A stretch of DNA of 63,760 bases, filler included, from Asterionella formosa (GCA_002256025.1; 14 parts of 14 records of this genome joined end to end with filler, not necessarily neighbours in it), one strand, 5' to 3'; numbered from the whole stretch's first letter, positions 21,622-35,334 are shown. The notes: a model not told the origin generated them from the sequence alone. Made by a program: numbers and translations.

Positions 21622-24600
21622 AATAATATTATACATATTTTATAACAAAAGGATCATTCTAGGGGAATGACTTGTTAGTAGCTAAGTTGGGCACGTTGCA
21701 TTTGATCTGAGGTTGCTTGTGTGGTTCGATTCCCGCAAAAAATTTGAGAAGTAATTGTTGGGTTCAACTCCCACACTCCTCACCATACTGCACGGTCTTG
21801 CCTGGTGTACAAGGAAAAGTGGGTTGCCTCCCCACAAGCAGCTTGTGCCGCCTTCCTAGGCAGTCAGAGCTTCCCCTAATGCTGCGGCTAAGATGATGAC
21901 CTTTCGCGAAAGATGGTTGGGGACTCACCTACTACGCTAACAAAACTAGGGAAGCACAGGTCTTGTCAGCAGGCCGTGCTATGAAAAACCCATGTGTAGC
22001 AAACCACAAGGTCTTACAAAGCGCGTTATAAGTGATTACCCTTTTAGATGGAGCATTCGATTTAGGCTACTATATTGGCAAAAATCTGAGCGTGATCCCA
22101 GCAAGCAAATATCATACTGGTATTTCTTCTGTAGCACGGATTTGAGATACTAGTCTGGTAGTGGTGCAATGCATTGGTGGTGCAAATGCCAATGGGCAAT
22201 TGAATTTACTAATAGTTTTCTCTGTTTCACCCATTTTGGGAAAAGTCCCAGTAGTCTAGTAGCTGGGGTGCTGGAGGTACCTGGTAGTCTACCAGGGGGT
22301 ACCTCGTCCTTGTATCTTTGATAATGAGTCAAAAGTGTGAATCAACCGCACTTGGTTTTCTTCAAATAACATTATTATGTATGTATATATGGAATATCGA
22401 ATCAATGTAGGCATTATTGAAACTACAGTATTTGCATCCCCAACTGTGTTAGTAAGACAACAGGATCAGGAGAATGGTCATACAGAGCGAGTGTTTTGCT
22501 TTATCAGTTGTAAACCAGATAATTAAGTACAGTGAGAATCATTTGATGTAACAATCGAGCAATTAATGTGTTCTGTAGTGACTTTGAACTTTCCATTGCC
22601 TACATGGCGCTTTTTCTCAATATGCTTGTGGTAGACCATATTTCAGCTGTCATCACACGCAACGAATTCAATCAAAACGGAATCTGATTCATCATCCCCA
22701 TCCATCAGAAAATCTGGGCAAATAAATGGATGATTGTTGACATTTACTGATGTAGAAACCATGGAATCAAAAAGTCGAAGATGTACTACCGTCAAATAAC
22801 CTATCGTGAATTATCATCAAAGATCGACTGGCCTTTTTGAGATTAGGCAAACGATCCATTTGATGGGCCTGTTCTTTTTCATTGGAATAGAAAAGATTCA
22901 ATTGATTTGGTTTCAATTTCGAAGATTTCTGATAAATTTATTTGGGTAATTAATGAGTTGACTTATGAACTCTTTTTTTCGGAGAATTATAAACCTTATC
23001 GAAATCATCAGATTTGGAATTAAACACAAATGAGCTCTTAACCAATTCAACGAGTCGTTTCAAATTCTTCCTAGATTTTAGAAAGTCTTCAATAGTAAAC
23101 CCAAATAGACCCCAATCGGGACCATTGATGCCTTGAACAGAACACAATCATTCGGCCTCACAATTGACCCACAGCAGGCATGCTGCTCACAGCTTCTTCC
23201 ATTTGTGGTTCCTCTGAGGCCAAGGATTTCGCCATCACGAATGTAGTCCGCAGTTCTAATGTTGCTTATAGCTGACGATTTTTTACAGGTGACGATACTT
23301 TACAGGGAACAATACGGTACGACCGGTACTAATATAAGAAAATACATATCAATAAATAGAATACGTTTATGTTGTGTTATTTTTCTGTACACACGAAATA
23401 TTTGTGTGTGTTGCGCCAGATATACAAAGGGGGTACAGGTATCTGGGGGGATACAAGACACCAGGTTTTACGGTATCTTCATTTTCAGAACGATTGTTGT
23501 TGCTAGGTTCCATTCGAACCTATTTCTGTGTTGAAATGAGGATGTGGTATGAAAAATTGCAACAAAAAGGATTTCAATTACTACCGTTATCCGTGATGGT
23601 AAGGCTACAGCAGCATCAGCAGCTGCATACATTACTACCTGTTATTTGCTTGAAGTACACTGGTATATCATGCATGTCTATTGTATGTTGGTACTGACCT
23701 CCATGTAGTAGTATCACCGACATCTATTATTATATAACGATGATGACGATGATTATGATCATGTATATTGTAGTATGTATTTGTTATAAGTATATATTAT
23801 GATCTTATTCTCGTAAGGCTTTTCTATAATAAACGTTTAAAGTAATAGCTAGCAAGCATCGAATCAAATGCTACTTTGATCATATAAATTTGATACAAAA
23901 TGAGCGCTATTACGGAACAGGATGTGTAGAACATGTATCATACTTGTATTTAAGGGAGCTAAATTTGTTTATATCCTAAATATTTATTCGGGTGCTTTCT
24001 GTTGATATTTATTTGTTGTATGATGATGTCACGAAACCTAGCCCTAATCCCTAAATTTTGACGGATTAGGGTTAAGTTTCACAAAAACTCCATGACCGTT
24101 TCTATTACGCACCGCTACCAGGTACTGTACATCACTAAGCGTGCTCTACAAAACCACCGAGAAGCACGTGGAAATATTAAGAGGTTTAGTACGGTATGGT
24201 ACCGTGTATTGATATACAAATGTTGTGGTCGCTGTCAGGTTGATGTTGGGTACTAGAACCTGGTACCACTACAAGTAACAGGTACCAGGGGTACCAGGCA
24301 CTATCTCGCAAATTCTCATGCCGTGTCGCGCACTGTCTCGTTACAGCAAACATACCGGTATATCCATAAACATATACCTGTAATAAGTTTCTTTGCAATC
24401 GCTCCTTGTTCTCTGGACAAAGAATGTTCATACGGATTCCTCGGATTCGGTCGAACACATCAAACATAGTGTCCACCTACACCCAATTCACAAACCTTTC
24501 GCAATAAAATTTAAAAACGATTGGCTTCCGATTTGTTCATGTGTTCGCATCCCATGAAATGAAAAGCCATCACAAAAACAAGAACGAAAACGAAGACACG

Positions 24601-24709
24601 GCGCTGATGGGCAAAGCAGCAACCGCTCCCAGCGCTGACACAAATCCATCATATCGAAATATAATATAACAGTTCACATTCTACAAACCCAGTTCCACAA
24701 AACCAGGAA

Positions 24710-25951
24710 ATGAAACAAGTTTGTATCTTTCACTACTCCAAAGTTAGCGGCCTATTTTCGTTGCGTGTGGATCATGATGATGACGACAGTAGCAAGACAG
24801 TATTTCCCTCTCAAGAATGGTTGCATGACTACAATCAATGGTTTACCTCGTTTAGTATGGACAACTTTACATTGGACGAGCTACAAGGATTTAATCAACA
24901 AGGCATCCATTTGACTCAACGTTTGTCTAAGGAACTCGAACATCAGCAAGACATTCAAGTAGTCTCCTTTCTACCAGTCTTTTCGAATCTCACCCTAGAA
25001 GGAGGAGAATGCAAAGACGGCAATTACGGATTTCCTGTGCATGTGGATACACTACCCATCAGCAATCAACTCAAGTTGGATTTTCTCGAGTGGAAGAACA
25101 GAATCACGGCCGGTGAGGAGCTCACTGACAAAGAGAGAGCTGATATGGATGGAATAGATATGGAGCGGCGACTGAAAGAGGAGTTGACGGTAGCAATTAA
25201 AGTGGCTAGCGACGGAGACAATACTTCCACAACTATTGATATCTTGTTTTATGATGAATCAATTCACAGACTATTGGAACATCCAGTCATGAATAGAAAG
25301 GATGCATACGTCGGGTCTCCGTCAAATATTTGGATGGAACAATACAAGCAATGGAATCAAAAAGTTCAGCATTTTATTCTGAATGGCTGTGCCAGTGTGC
25401 TTGACTTGGTAAGATTCAATCAGGAAGGAATCATCTTGCGGGATACTCTTCAAGAAGAACTAGGCGATGATATCCACATTACTTTCACCCCCGTACTGGG
25501 GTCCATACAAGTTGGCTGTACGTGGTGGCACATCCGTGATGGACACTATCGTATTCCTCTCAATATTCAAAAACTTCCTGTCAGTAATTCACTCAAGAGT
25601 GATTTTCAGATTTGGAACCGCCAAACCTCCAACAATCCATGTTGGTTGCATGATGGATATGCTGCTCGAATTTATGAACAACGCCGGTGGTTTGAAGAAC
25701 GATTGTCAAATGAATTGCACTATCGCTGCATGCTCTTTTCTGTTCTGAATGGAAGCAAGACAGAAAATATCTCGCAGGGTTCCGAACACCCAGAAGTATA
25801 TAATATTGATAGATCCTCCCATGGTCCTCAAGATAATTACCGCAAACTTCTTCTGGAAGAGGGCAACGCCGATGCTCTGGTGCAACTCTTGAAACATCAC
25901 AGTGATCATGGAACCCAGTCGGCACATCATCGTCGCTATTCTACTTGGTAG
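24710..25951 (+). CDS. Hypothetical protein with four internal repeats (ABAB)
   Basis: 413-codon intronless ORF with an ACAAAAC-rich leader and a repeated S..L/W.....W...(F)..G..L..RL.EEL motif. Confidence 0.75.
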   Translation: MKQVCIFHYSKVSGLFSLRVDHDDDDSSKTVFPSQEWLHDYNQWFTSFSMDNFTLDELQGFNQQGIHLTQRLSKELEHQQDIQVVSFLPVFSNLTLEGGECKDGNYGFPVHVDTLPISNQLKLDFLEWKNRITAGEELTDKERADMDGIDMERRLKEELTVAIKVASDGDNTSTTIDILFYDESIHRLLEHPVMNRKDAYVGSPSNIWMEQYKQWNQKVQHFILNGCASVLDLVRFNQEGIILRDTLQEELGDDIHITFTPVLGSIQVGCTWWHIRDGHYRIPLNIQKLPVSNSLKSDFQIWNRQTSNNPCWLHDGYAARIYEQRRWFEERLSNELHYRCMLFSVLNGSKTENISQGSEHPEVYNIDRSSHGPQDNYRKLLLEEGNADALVQLLKHHSDHGTQSAHHRRYSTW

Positions 25952-27404
25952 GCGAATGTTAAGATATCTCAACTCGTTGTCAAAATGATGGAGCGCAAGG
26001 GATGAATACGACCCGAGTCAACCCAGCATACCGGCCCTTCATTTTTTGGCCGCCAAGGTGCCAATACTTCAGGAAGAAGCAGGGGATTCTCATATGTTTT
26101 CTTCACAGATCTATTCAATCATCCTTATAGTTAGAGCATGGATATACCCAATTGTTAATAATCGAACATATCACAGTTTGCATTGACTATTGGAAGGCTA
26201 CTTGTACATGATTCTCCCATGGTGTGTAATGCTCGCAACAACTCATTTGCTTCGATGTCCCCCCAAAAAATCCTCTATTTCCAAATCAATACTTAGCAGT
26301 GCTTTGGGGTGCAGGGCTCACAAAGACCTCTGTCTTTGCTGTGTTTTGTGCGAGTTTCTAACCTACACATGCATCCTTTTGTGCTTCAAACATTGGTTGA
26401 AAAAATGGGCAATTAAAAGTCATTGTAAAAAGAATCCTAATCAGTCTTGTGCTTTCTTAGCTAAATAAATATTGTTTTCATGATGCCGATCAACTGAAGC
26501 AAAATGAGGGGCTGCATTTGAATTTTCAACTTCTTCATCTCTAGGCAAATCTTGGCAGTATTCCAGACTTAAGCTTTCTCAATCGCAAAACTTGTCAATT
26601 TCATCGTACATTCTCATCTAGAAACCTTCGTAGACTTAGTCCTCCCTCTGAGAACAACATGGTAAAGCTAGTTACCAGTATTACTATATATGCACAGGGA
26701 ACAATGCAAGATCACGCACCATAAATATTCCATCATCACTCATCACCTGAATCATTGTCGTTGTTGTCCTTGTCAAGTGTGGTCATCTGGTTTGTATTTT
26801 TTGATCTCAAAACATCAGACCGGGTTATTGTTGGGTTTAGGTAGCAGCTTGGCTGGGGGTGAGGGAAAATCTATTCATATCTACAAATTCTAGTCATTGT
26901 CAGCAAATTCTAGTCGTTGTCAGCAAGTTCTAGTCATACTACCACATATACATGGTAGTCAGCAAGTTCTGAATGTAGAAAGAGATGATTCCGATTTGTT
27001 TTCTGAAGCTAGAAAACAGTTTGCTGAACAGGTTCATAAGTCAGCGAATTCGAGTCATGTTCAGAGACTGATTCTGCAAATCGTCATTGGTCGATAAGAG
27101 TAACGTTTGCCTAAATTACTGAAGGATTAATATTTCCATCAAAAGCTGGCCTATCTTTTCTGGCAGGCATGAAACAAATCATTGGGAGTGGGTCGAAACT
27201 GGAAAGGTGCGCATAAAATCTGCACTACCGGATCATTCAGTTACCTGCAAGTTGCGGTAATTTTGCTATAATCTAGTTTCACATTTGTACTGGCAATACT
27301 TATTCCCATTGCATTCCAAATTGAAACAAAAGTCTCTCATTCATATCCATTTCATAAACCGACCCAGCGGCTCGTTGTTCTAATATATATATTTTTAGCC
27401 TTAA

Positions 27405-27450
27405 GGTTCCTTCATTTGAATTTTCTAGGGAAAAATTAAAACATTGCTTA
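27405..27450. mobile_element. Kolobok-like terminus split by a Harbinger insertion (continues at 32267-32350)
   Basis: TTAA-GGTTCCTTCATTTGAA...ATTGCTTA matches the 52762 terminus. The expected continuation GGGTT...GGAATTAAGAATTTTTATGAG reappears after 32266. Confidence 0.7.
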
Positions 27451-29903
27451 GCGACGTTCTTATCATTCAGCAATTCCCGCTCCAGCTATCGTCTTGCCAT
27501 TTGGGTACACAATTTTAGGCTCTAAGTAATTTCTTAAGTAATTTTTATTTAGGGGCAATATGGGGCACATCGAATTTTTCGGCATTAAAATTGCCAATTT
27601 TTAGCATGACAATCAGAATAGCGCGCGGTAATATGCATGGAGATGGTACAACAAGCGTAAAACACACGAGAATGATTGTAGCAACATGCAACATCAATGA
27701 AAATTGAACATGATGTTTGGAGCAACCAAAGTATGAAATGCGATGTAATAAGTTGCATCAAATAAGAAATAGAAAAAATTGTTTTGGGTTAGAAATGAAG
27801 TAAAAAATAGGAGTTTCAATGGAGTCATATGCATTGTGAATCATTTTAGTAGTACTTACACAGGCAACATTGCTTGACTTTCGAGCCATCACCACATAAT
27901 CGAAGACCAAAAGAAGAAGAAAAAACCTGAACCCAATTTAGACCTGCATCGTTATGTAGCGTAAATGGTCTGGTTGCTGCTGCAACCACGCGCATCGCTG
28001 TAGTAGCCTGACACCAGTAGCAGCATTTCCGCCACAGTCATCATTCCTCCGCCCACCAAACAAGAAACCCTGATCATTCCATTCTGAGCAAGCATGATTG
28101 CCACCCTGTACCAGCACTATTGACTTTCTCTAGGTGAGTGTTTATGTAGCTTGTGATACGAACTCGTAGTAGAGATGTAGCAAAGTGCGTTAGTACAAGA
28201 AAAGCATTGCTTGGCGACAATATTGACATCATGGTAAACAATTATACATGTCAACAAAAACGATCAACAACAATATGTCGTCAAAGAGTAGTCATCGATA
28301 AATACATTGGTTCTTATGAAGATAGATACAATCGAAACAAAACGACAGCACGGAACGACAAACGACGATGGAAGCGATCAAAATGGACCATGGAAGCAAT
28401 CAAATCGGAACTTTGACAATCGTATCTACGATCACATTCAGTGTTTGACAAATGTACTCACCGATCCACTCTAACAAGCATAACACACAGCAGATGATGG
28501 GCTCATAAGAAAGTCAAAAGTTCCTGTTGCAAGCCCGAATTGAGTAACGGCAGGCAGGATAGAGTGAGAATTTTAGACTAATTGTGAGGACGAAATCGGG
28601 CATACGGTACATAAAATCAATCAATATCTGAACGACCTAATTTAACATTCTGGTCTCGTAAAAATAATACTGAGTCTACAGAGATAATATGATTATAACG
28701 TGTTCAAAGTAAGCGTTAAAGTTTAGCTTAAACCATGCATGGTTGTTTTTAGTACCACGTACGTATGTAGACTAGGTGACTACCGGTCGAGTATCCAGCA
28801 TGATCAGATGCATGACCGGAGCAAAACCTTGCCGCCAACATCAGATGTATCGATATCATCGTTCGTCCGACGAAATATGGACGATGCGACTACATGAATC
28901 CCTCGAGAAGACAAGCAATCAAACAACCAACCGCATCCGTTAGACAATGAATCACTAATGGCATCATCAGTGAACTGATTTTGCTTCAAACCGGTCATGA
29001 TGATGACAATCGTCGGCATGGTGAAAGGTGAATTGCCGGAGTCCACTTTTCAGGAGACGAAGAAAAATGTGGTGAATTCTAGATATAAATTATTCAAATC
29101 TGTAGAGTATATAAAATGGTTTCCTTAAGTAGACCCCTTGCCGATTTCGGCAATCCCAGGGCTGGATAACCGAGGGGCAATTGCTACAAATTGTAATGCC
29201 AAAATGCGAAATTTGGAAATATACAAAATATATTTTAATGATGGGCAATATCGGACCCATTGCAAATTTCGATGTGAAGATAGGAAATATACGAAATATA
29301 TTTTATATGATGGGCTATAGCGGGCTAAAATAAACATTTACACTCGATGAGTGGGCAGTAGGTAAGCAAATGGCGTTTGTGAACTGCCTCAGCAGCAATA
29401 CCCTTCTCGGTGGCTACATGCCTGCGAGTATACATGTGTTCGAGGCTGGGTGGCGCGAGTAGGTTGACCATACGATTGGCGCCCCCGGCGCTGCAAGAAG
29501 GTCCTTGGGCGTGTATTGCCTTCAGCATTTCTCGCACAATGTGTTATCATTTCCGGGTTTCGAGTAAAAATGACAGTTGGTATCAATTTTGGCTATCAGC
29601 AACGGCTACCCTAGTGGTGGTATCAATGCAGTATCATTGATACCAAACTGATACCTTTTTTTAGGCTAATTCAGAATAGTATCATTTCCGTTGTCACTGA
29701 TAAAACAACCGAAAATACGCCTGCAGCATGGTACTAATTTTAATGAGTGATTTATGCATAAATAAAAAATTTCTTCCGGTGTGCCCATGAAAGCAACAAA
29801 TATCCAGCTTCATTCTTATTGACAACCTGCCACTGCCTTTCATCGGCCTTCATTTATCTTCAACGAGGTCCTGTTGTAATATATCAACAAGCACAGCAGG
29901 TAT

Positions 29904-31185
29904 ATGGAAAAAATACAAGCAAGGCAAATGGAACCAATCACAGACACATCAACTATTGATGCTGTGACCACCAGCCATCTCGAGAAACCCACCTCTCCCA
30001 AAAAACGAAAAAAATTCCGCTTGTAACAGATGCTGAAGTCGATCGATTTGTTGACTAACTCATAATTCCTAATGACTTTGAGCTTGATATTGATAGGACA
30101 CCCAAGATTTCTATCAAGGGCATTGCGATACAGCAGATCTCTGTTAAGATTTTGCGGAAAATTTGCAACAGATATAAAGTTTCTGGACACAAAAATGCAA
30201 AGAAATCTTTCACCATCGGTTTGATTGTTCGACTTTTGAGGAGAGACAGCTTGTCACAGAAACTGTACCCAAAGACTTTCAATGTCAATGAAACTGATAA
30301 CTACCATGATTGTGATCATGACATCAAAAGCAATGCTTCCCTAAAGTGAAGACAATAATGAAAAAGAACAAATACAACAGCAGCAGGGGAACAACCGTTG
30401 GTCATTGGATGCAATGATGATGATGATGAAGACAACGACAAAGACAAAGAAGTGGTGTCGTGCCCTCCGGTAAAAAACAAAAACGAAAGAAGACACAAGC
30501 TAAGTCAGCATCCTCAGAAGCTGTGACTTGTACCAACACATAATTTTGTGTTATCAACGTTTAAATGGTGTGCAAGAAACATCGCAGTGATGTTTCTAAG
30601 CTAGGTCAGCCACCCACCATGGCTGAACTTGATGCAAGGAGATTTCGACACAAATATGTTTTCGACAGAGAGACTTGTAGTTACATATCTTGATCATGAT
30701 GATGATGATGACTGCACCCTCCTAGCATTTTTTTAAAATGAATACAAGGAGCGACCAAGTTGTAATTGATGCTGATTATGCAAAGACACATGATGTCTTG
30801 TCATCCAAAGTTTTCGATTTTCATGGTGTACATCAACCATCATTATCAAGTGGCTTATCGAAACAACAAGAAATCAGGAAGCCATGATGATTTTGTCAAC
30901 TTTGTTGGGTCCGGTGGCCCTTTCATATATTACTACCATCTTTGGTTGTGTCAGGTTCCTCACTTGCTAAACTTTGCTGTTCCATTGTTGCCTTCATATG
31001 CCTTTCATGAGAGCACTGAAACTGATTTCCGTGAGAGTATTGATACTGCCCCAACATCAGCGTCAAAATCTTCAAGCAACTTCAGTGTTAGAATGATGGG
31101 AAGGCATGCAATGTTGACACCAAATCGTGCATCCCCTGTTGACAAAATTGCGAATCCATTGGATTCATTTGAAAACACCTGCTAA
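29904..31185 (+). pseudogene. Degenerate accessory ORF of the Harbinger element
   Basis: Frameshifted fragments (ILRKICNRYKVSGHKN; KKSGSHDDFVNFVG...YYYHLWL) convergent with the transposase, the usual two-ORF Harbinger layout. Confidence 0.55.
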
Positions 31186-31202
31186 ACTACAACTCTTACA
31201 GT

Positions 31203-31938
31203 CTACATGTGCAACATGACGTAAAAATTCTTGTCTCGATGTTCTAGAAAAGTATAAGGTGTGTAATGGTCTGAATAAAAAGACCCAGGATTGTTTCCAC
31301 AGTCACATAGCATGGTGCGACTTATTTTGGCTTGAAAACCATCAATGGCACTGACACACCCTCTGAGCAACCCTGCTTTATTTTTTTCTTCAAAGGCTGT
31401 AGACAATTTGATCAAATCCCCCCTTGTTTCTGCGAAAACAATCTTGAGATCCGCACAGTTAAGCACAGAGTCAAGGAATAGATCTTGGCATCTATGTACT
31501 GAGGCAATGCTGTATCTATAAGCATGTCGTACATCGATGCAGCTGCCTCCAGCCAACCATCGTATGCCAATGGTACTGGCCAACACAATTTATGAATAGA
31601 TTGGCTCAGTTGAGCCACACTTGGAATTATTCCCTGTTACCTCGCTCACTCTCTAGTAGTAAGGAAATCAATTGATTGAAAGCTCGAAGGGGCATTCTAT
31701 ATGTCTTCTCAAAAGCATCCTTATAATTGAGCTTCTCAACATGACAGTACCATGAGATTCTGTTATGTTCCCATTTGGTCTTCTTCCTTTTTGTCTCTTC
31801 TTTTCCGTTTTCCAAAGATACATGGTAAAGGAGGAAGAAGTTGCTAATGCATTTGTCATCATTGTCATCATTGAAAATGAAATCATCATCTTCACTCAGA
31901 TAGTGATGGTCCTTGTCATTGTGGAGCAGTGACGACAT
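31203..31938 (-). pseudogene. PIF/Harbinger (DDE_Tnp_4-type) transposase remnant
   Basis: Motifs FEKTYRMPLRAFNQL, IRWLAGGSCIDV and LRGCVSAIDG. Frameshifted and truncated after the first catalytic Asp. Confidence 0.85.
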
Positions 31939-32777
31939 GATTGATTGATGTAAATTTATAAATAATTTGTGGTGCAGACCAAAGTACCGGTGCATAAACC
32001 TGCAGTCTACTATATATATTATATCAGGTACATTTATGCAAAGATTTCATACTAGTTTTCAGTACTAATTACCTATCAAAATAGTCTGGAGGGAAGAACA
32101 CATGTTAGTAGCCAGTCTGGAACAATTGAAATTTTGTCATACTTCTGGGTGACACAAATTGGTTTTTTCATGTGGAGAATGAATATTTTCAGTTTAAATC
32201 GAGTAGCCATTGCATGATACTTTTTCAAATATTATGATACCCTATCCAAAATGATAGGAGTGCCCCTTGGGGTTGCTGAAATTCCTTGGAATTAAGAATT
32301 TTTATGAGCTAATTCTGAATCACATGATTCCATGATTCCTTTTCGAATTCACAAAATAAATACTATATAGAACAATGGTTTGCACTATCAGGAAAAAGAA
32401 GCTAAATTGCTCAATACTTGAGGTCTGGTTAAAGTACCAGGTTCGGAGTAGGAGGGTAAGGTATATAGTACCGGTAGCTGGTACGAGGTATCTTGTAAAG
32501 AGGGGTTGTCAGGCAGCCCCCCCCCTATATATATATATACCTCTAAGAATCCGGAAAATGTGAAATTTAGCTTTGTTGATCTGATAGTCAGAACCGTCAT
32601 GTAATGCAACAACATACCAGAGAAAGGTCCGATACTTGAGAGTTTTAGCTTTATTTTGCCCATAGTCCTTCCACACTGGTACCACAAGAAGTTGTGTAGA
32701 AAGTAAGCATCTGTATCAAATGTGATGACGAAGGAACAAAAGCCAAATCACAGACCCTCATCGTTTTGTTGCTATCA

Positions 32778-33546
32778 ATGATGTCTGTTGCTGCTGCTCA
32801 TCGAATTGTTTTGGCAGCTGCCAGACCTTCCAAGAGCGCCCTTGGAGCGGTGCGAAACATTCAATATAGCAAACAAGCCAGCACCCCTGGAATCACCGAC
32901 GAGCAACGGGAAAACAACATCCTTCCTGTGAGTCGTTTAGTCGAATAAGTCAATGGACTTGTTGTTCCGTTCGGCCTTCTTTTTATGTAGGAGACATGGT
33001 AAGCCGTTTTTTCTTGATTCTAACCTTTCTCCCTTTGCTATTATGCAGACTTCCTGGACAGAAATTTTTGATCGATCTGCAAAGGTTTTCTTTCTAACCG
33101 AAATCGCTAGAGCCTTTTGGCTGGCTGGTGAGGTTGCGTTGAAGCCCAAGGTTACCATTAACTACCCCTACGAAAAAGGATATTTAAGTCCGCGTTTCCG
33201 TGGTGAACACGCATTGCGTCGCTATCCTTCTGGTGAGGAACGCTGCATCGCATGCAAGCTCTGCGAAGCTGTTTGTCCGGCCCAAGCAATTACTATTGAT
33301 GCCGAAGAACGTGAGGATGGTGCCCGTCGGACAACTCGATACGACATTGATATGACCAAATGCATCTACTGCGGATACTGTCAGGAAGCTTGTCCAGTCG
33401 ATGCCATTGTGGAAGGACCGAACTTCGAATTCGCCACCGAAACTCACGAAGAGCTCTTGTACGACAAGGAGAAGCTACTTTCCAATGGTGATAAGTGGGA
33501 GAAACAGATAGCAAAGAATCTGTTGAGTGAACACCTGTACCGTTAG
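32778..33546 (+). CDS. NDUFS8: Mitochondrial complex I 23-kDa Fe-S subunit (TYKY); exons 32778-32927 and 33049-33546
   Basis: Two 4Fe-4S motifs ([24 protein letters not shown]) and TINYPYEKG. Exon 1 encodes a mitochondrial presequence; phase-0 GT-AG intron 32928-33048. Confidence 0.97.
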
Positions 33547-34124
33547 TGGTCCCATTGCGTCACACACGGGAGCTCATTGTTAGAGAATAATTGCTCGTTT
33601 AACTTTCAATTAAGATTTATATCATAAAACGAGTTAGCCAGAAGCGTGAGTGTTCGCCGTTGAGACAAAAACACTATCAAATGTTTTGGCCATCACCAAT
33701 ATGAAGAATGACACAGTACCGGTTCTTGTGCGATAGTGTAGTCCTCCCCCAGATTTCACGTGCATTAAGCAACACGATTTGCATGCCAAAACTTTCTTTT
33801 TTGGCTCCTCACGATCTCATAAACTTTGTCTAGGTTCATGTAAATTAATGGTGTATTCTTTTCTTGAATCTTCAGAAGACGTTCTTGGTGTTCCACCAGA
33901 GTGTGCATCAGGCTGATTTTCCAAGGTCGAAAGGGGGTGCTCCAAAAATAGTAGTCCCTTGCCTGTCGTAACCATGAAAAAATTGGAAGCAACTCCCTTG
34001 TGTAACTCACTGTAGCTTGCCGATNNNNNNNNNNNNNNNNNNNNNNNNNNNNNNNNNNNNNNNNNNNNTTAATTAATTAANNNNNNNNNNNNNNNNNNNN
34101 NNNNNNNNNNNNNNNNNNNNNNNN

Positions 34125-35334
34125 AAGACAGACTGTCAATCTGATTTGTAATAGATTCCAGTTTTCCATCTAAAATATCAAGCTTGGTTTGGATGTTTGC
34201 AAACATTATATGTTCCAATGGGTATCTAGCTTGTTGTTGCAGAAGACCTTTCATCCGATCACGAGTGCATGCAGCAGATTGACTCAGACCAAACAATGCA
34301 TTTCCCACAATTGAATTGTTAATCAAATCTTCTGATAAAGCCAGTTTTGCTGCTTCTACTGATGCGTCCTCGACTTTCAGCTGGCCTCTGCTTCCAATGG
34401 AGCAATCAATAGACATATCAGAAGAACGACTGAAACTTCGTTCTTCTGCAACCAATTTTCTAGCTGATGCACGGCCTGCTGATTCTTTCTTGCCATTCTC
34501 AAAGACACAATCCTTTGTCAGCAAGAGAATAGACTTGAACTCATCTCTAGCAAATGGTCCAAACAATTTGAATCCAATCCAGCCATGAAATTAATAATCC
34601 ACAGGCATCCCAACATCATCATTCAATGCCACAGCAGCACCCAAGATTTCCTCCTCATCATCATCATCCTCATCATTAGCTGGATCGCTGTAGCTGATTC
34701 GACCCTTCAGATATCGAAACATATGGTTTAATACATGGTTGTCATAGTCTTCAACATTGTTCCCGGAAGGCAAAGTCCAATCAGGGAGTAAAAATTGCGA
34801 CCCAAATGCTAAGGCCTTCTTCCAATTCAGCAGGGCATGCTGAGCCATCTTCAATAGAGTTCTACCAGTAATTAAAGTGGACATATATTTCATTCCAGTG
34901 TCTGCAAGAGATCTTGTAGTGAATTGAGAGCCAACAACATATCTGTTTTGATAATCACGGGAATAGCAATCTTTTAAGACAAAATCAAAGGCAGAAACAC
35001 GATCTGCATTTCTTTCTGGGATGTTGGTATTCATCTCCTCGTCTCTACTCCAAAGGTCTTCGAACTGACCCCTTCCCCTCAGCAGAGACTCCAAATATCC
35101 AATACTTCCTTTCACGGATGGATCGCCATGATAAAGTAGATATGTTTTATTCTGAACATTTTTGATTGCCATTGTTGGCCCTCCTGATACCTTGTCCAGA
35201 ACAGCAACAGCAACAGTTCGTTGCAACTCCTTTTGCCATGCAGAGGGAGAAAGAGAGCTCTTGGCTGGAAGGGGTGCTGGCACCATGATCGAGGATGCTG
35301 ATTGTTGGCAATCGACAGATGTTGTTATGTTCAT
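34125..35334 (-). pseudogene. Hypothetical, probably TE-associated ORF with one in-frame stop
   Basis: The 35334-34591 and 34566-34125 ORFs are in the same frame (PVDY*FHGWIGFKLFGP). Runs into an assembly gap. Confidence 0.55.

Larger units (their letters stand above)
27451..32266. mobile_element. PIF/Harbinger transposon (degenerate, possibly composite, about 4.8 kb)
   Basis: Imperfect 17-bp TIRs (GCGACGTTCTTATCATT vs GGGGCACTCCTATCATT, 12/17 identical), TTA/TTG flanks, and convergent accessory and transposase ORF remnants inside. Confidence 0.7.

Noticed and set aside
22560..23270. Minus-strand fragment EILGLRGTTNGRSCEQHACCG
   Set aside because: Probably a decayed TE-associated ORF, but too fragmentary to delimit or name.
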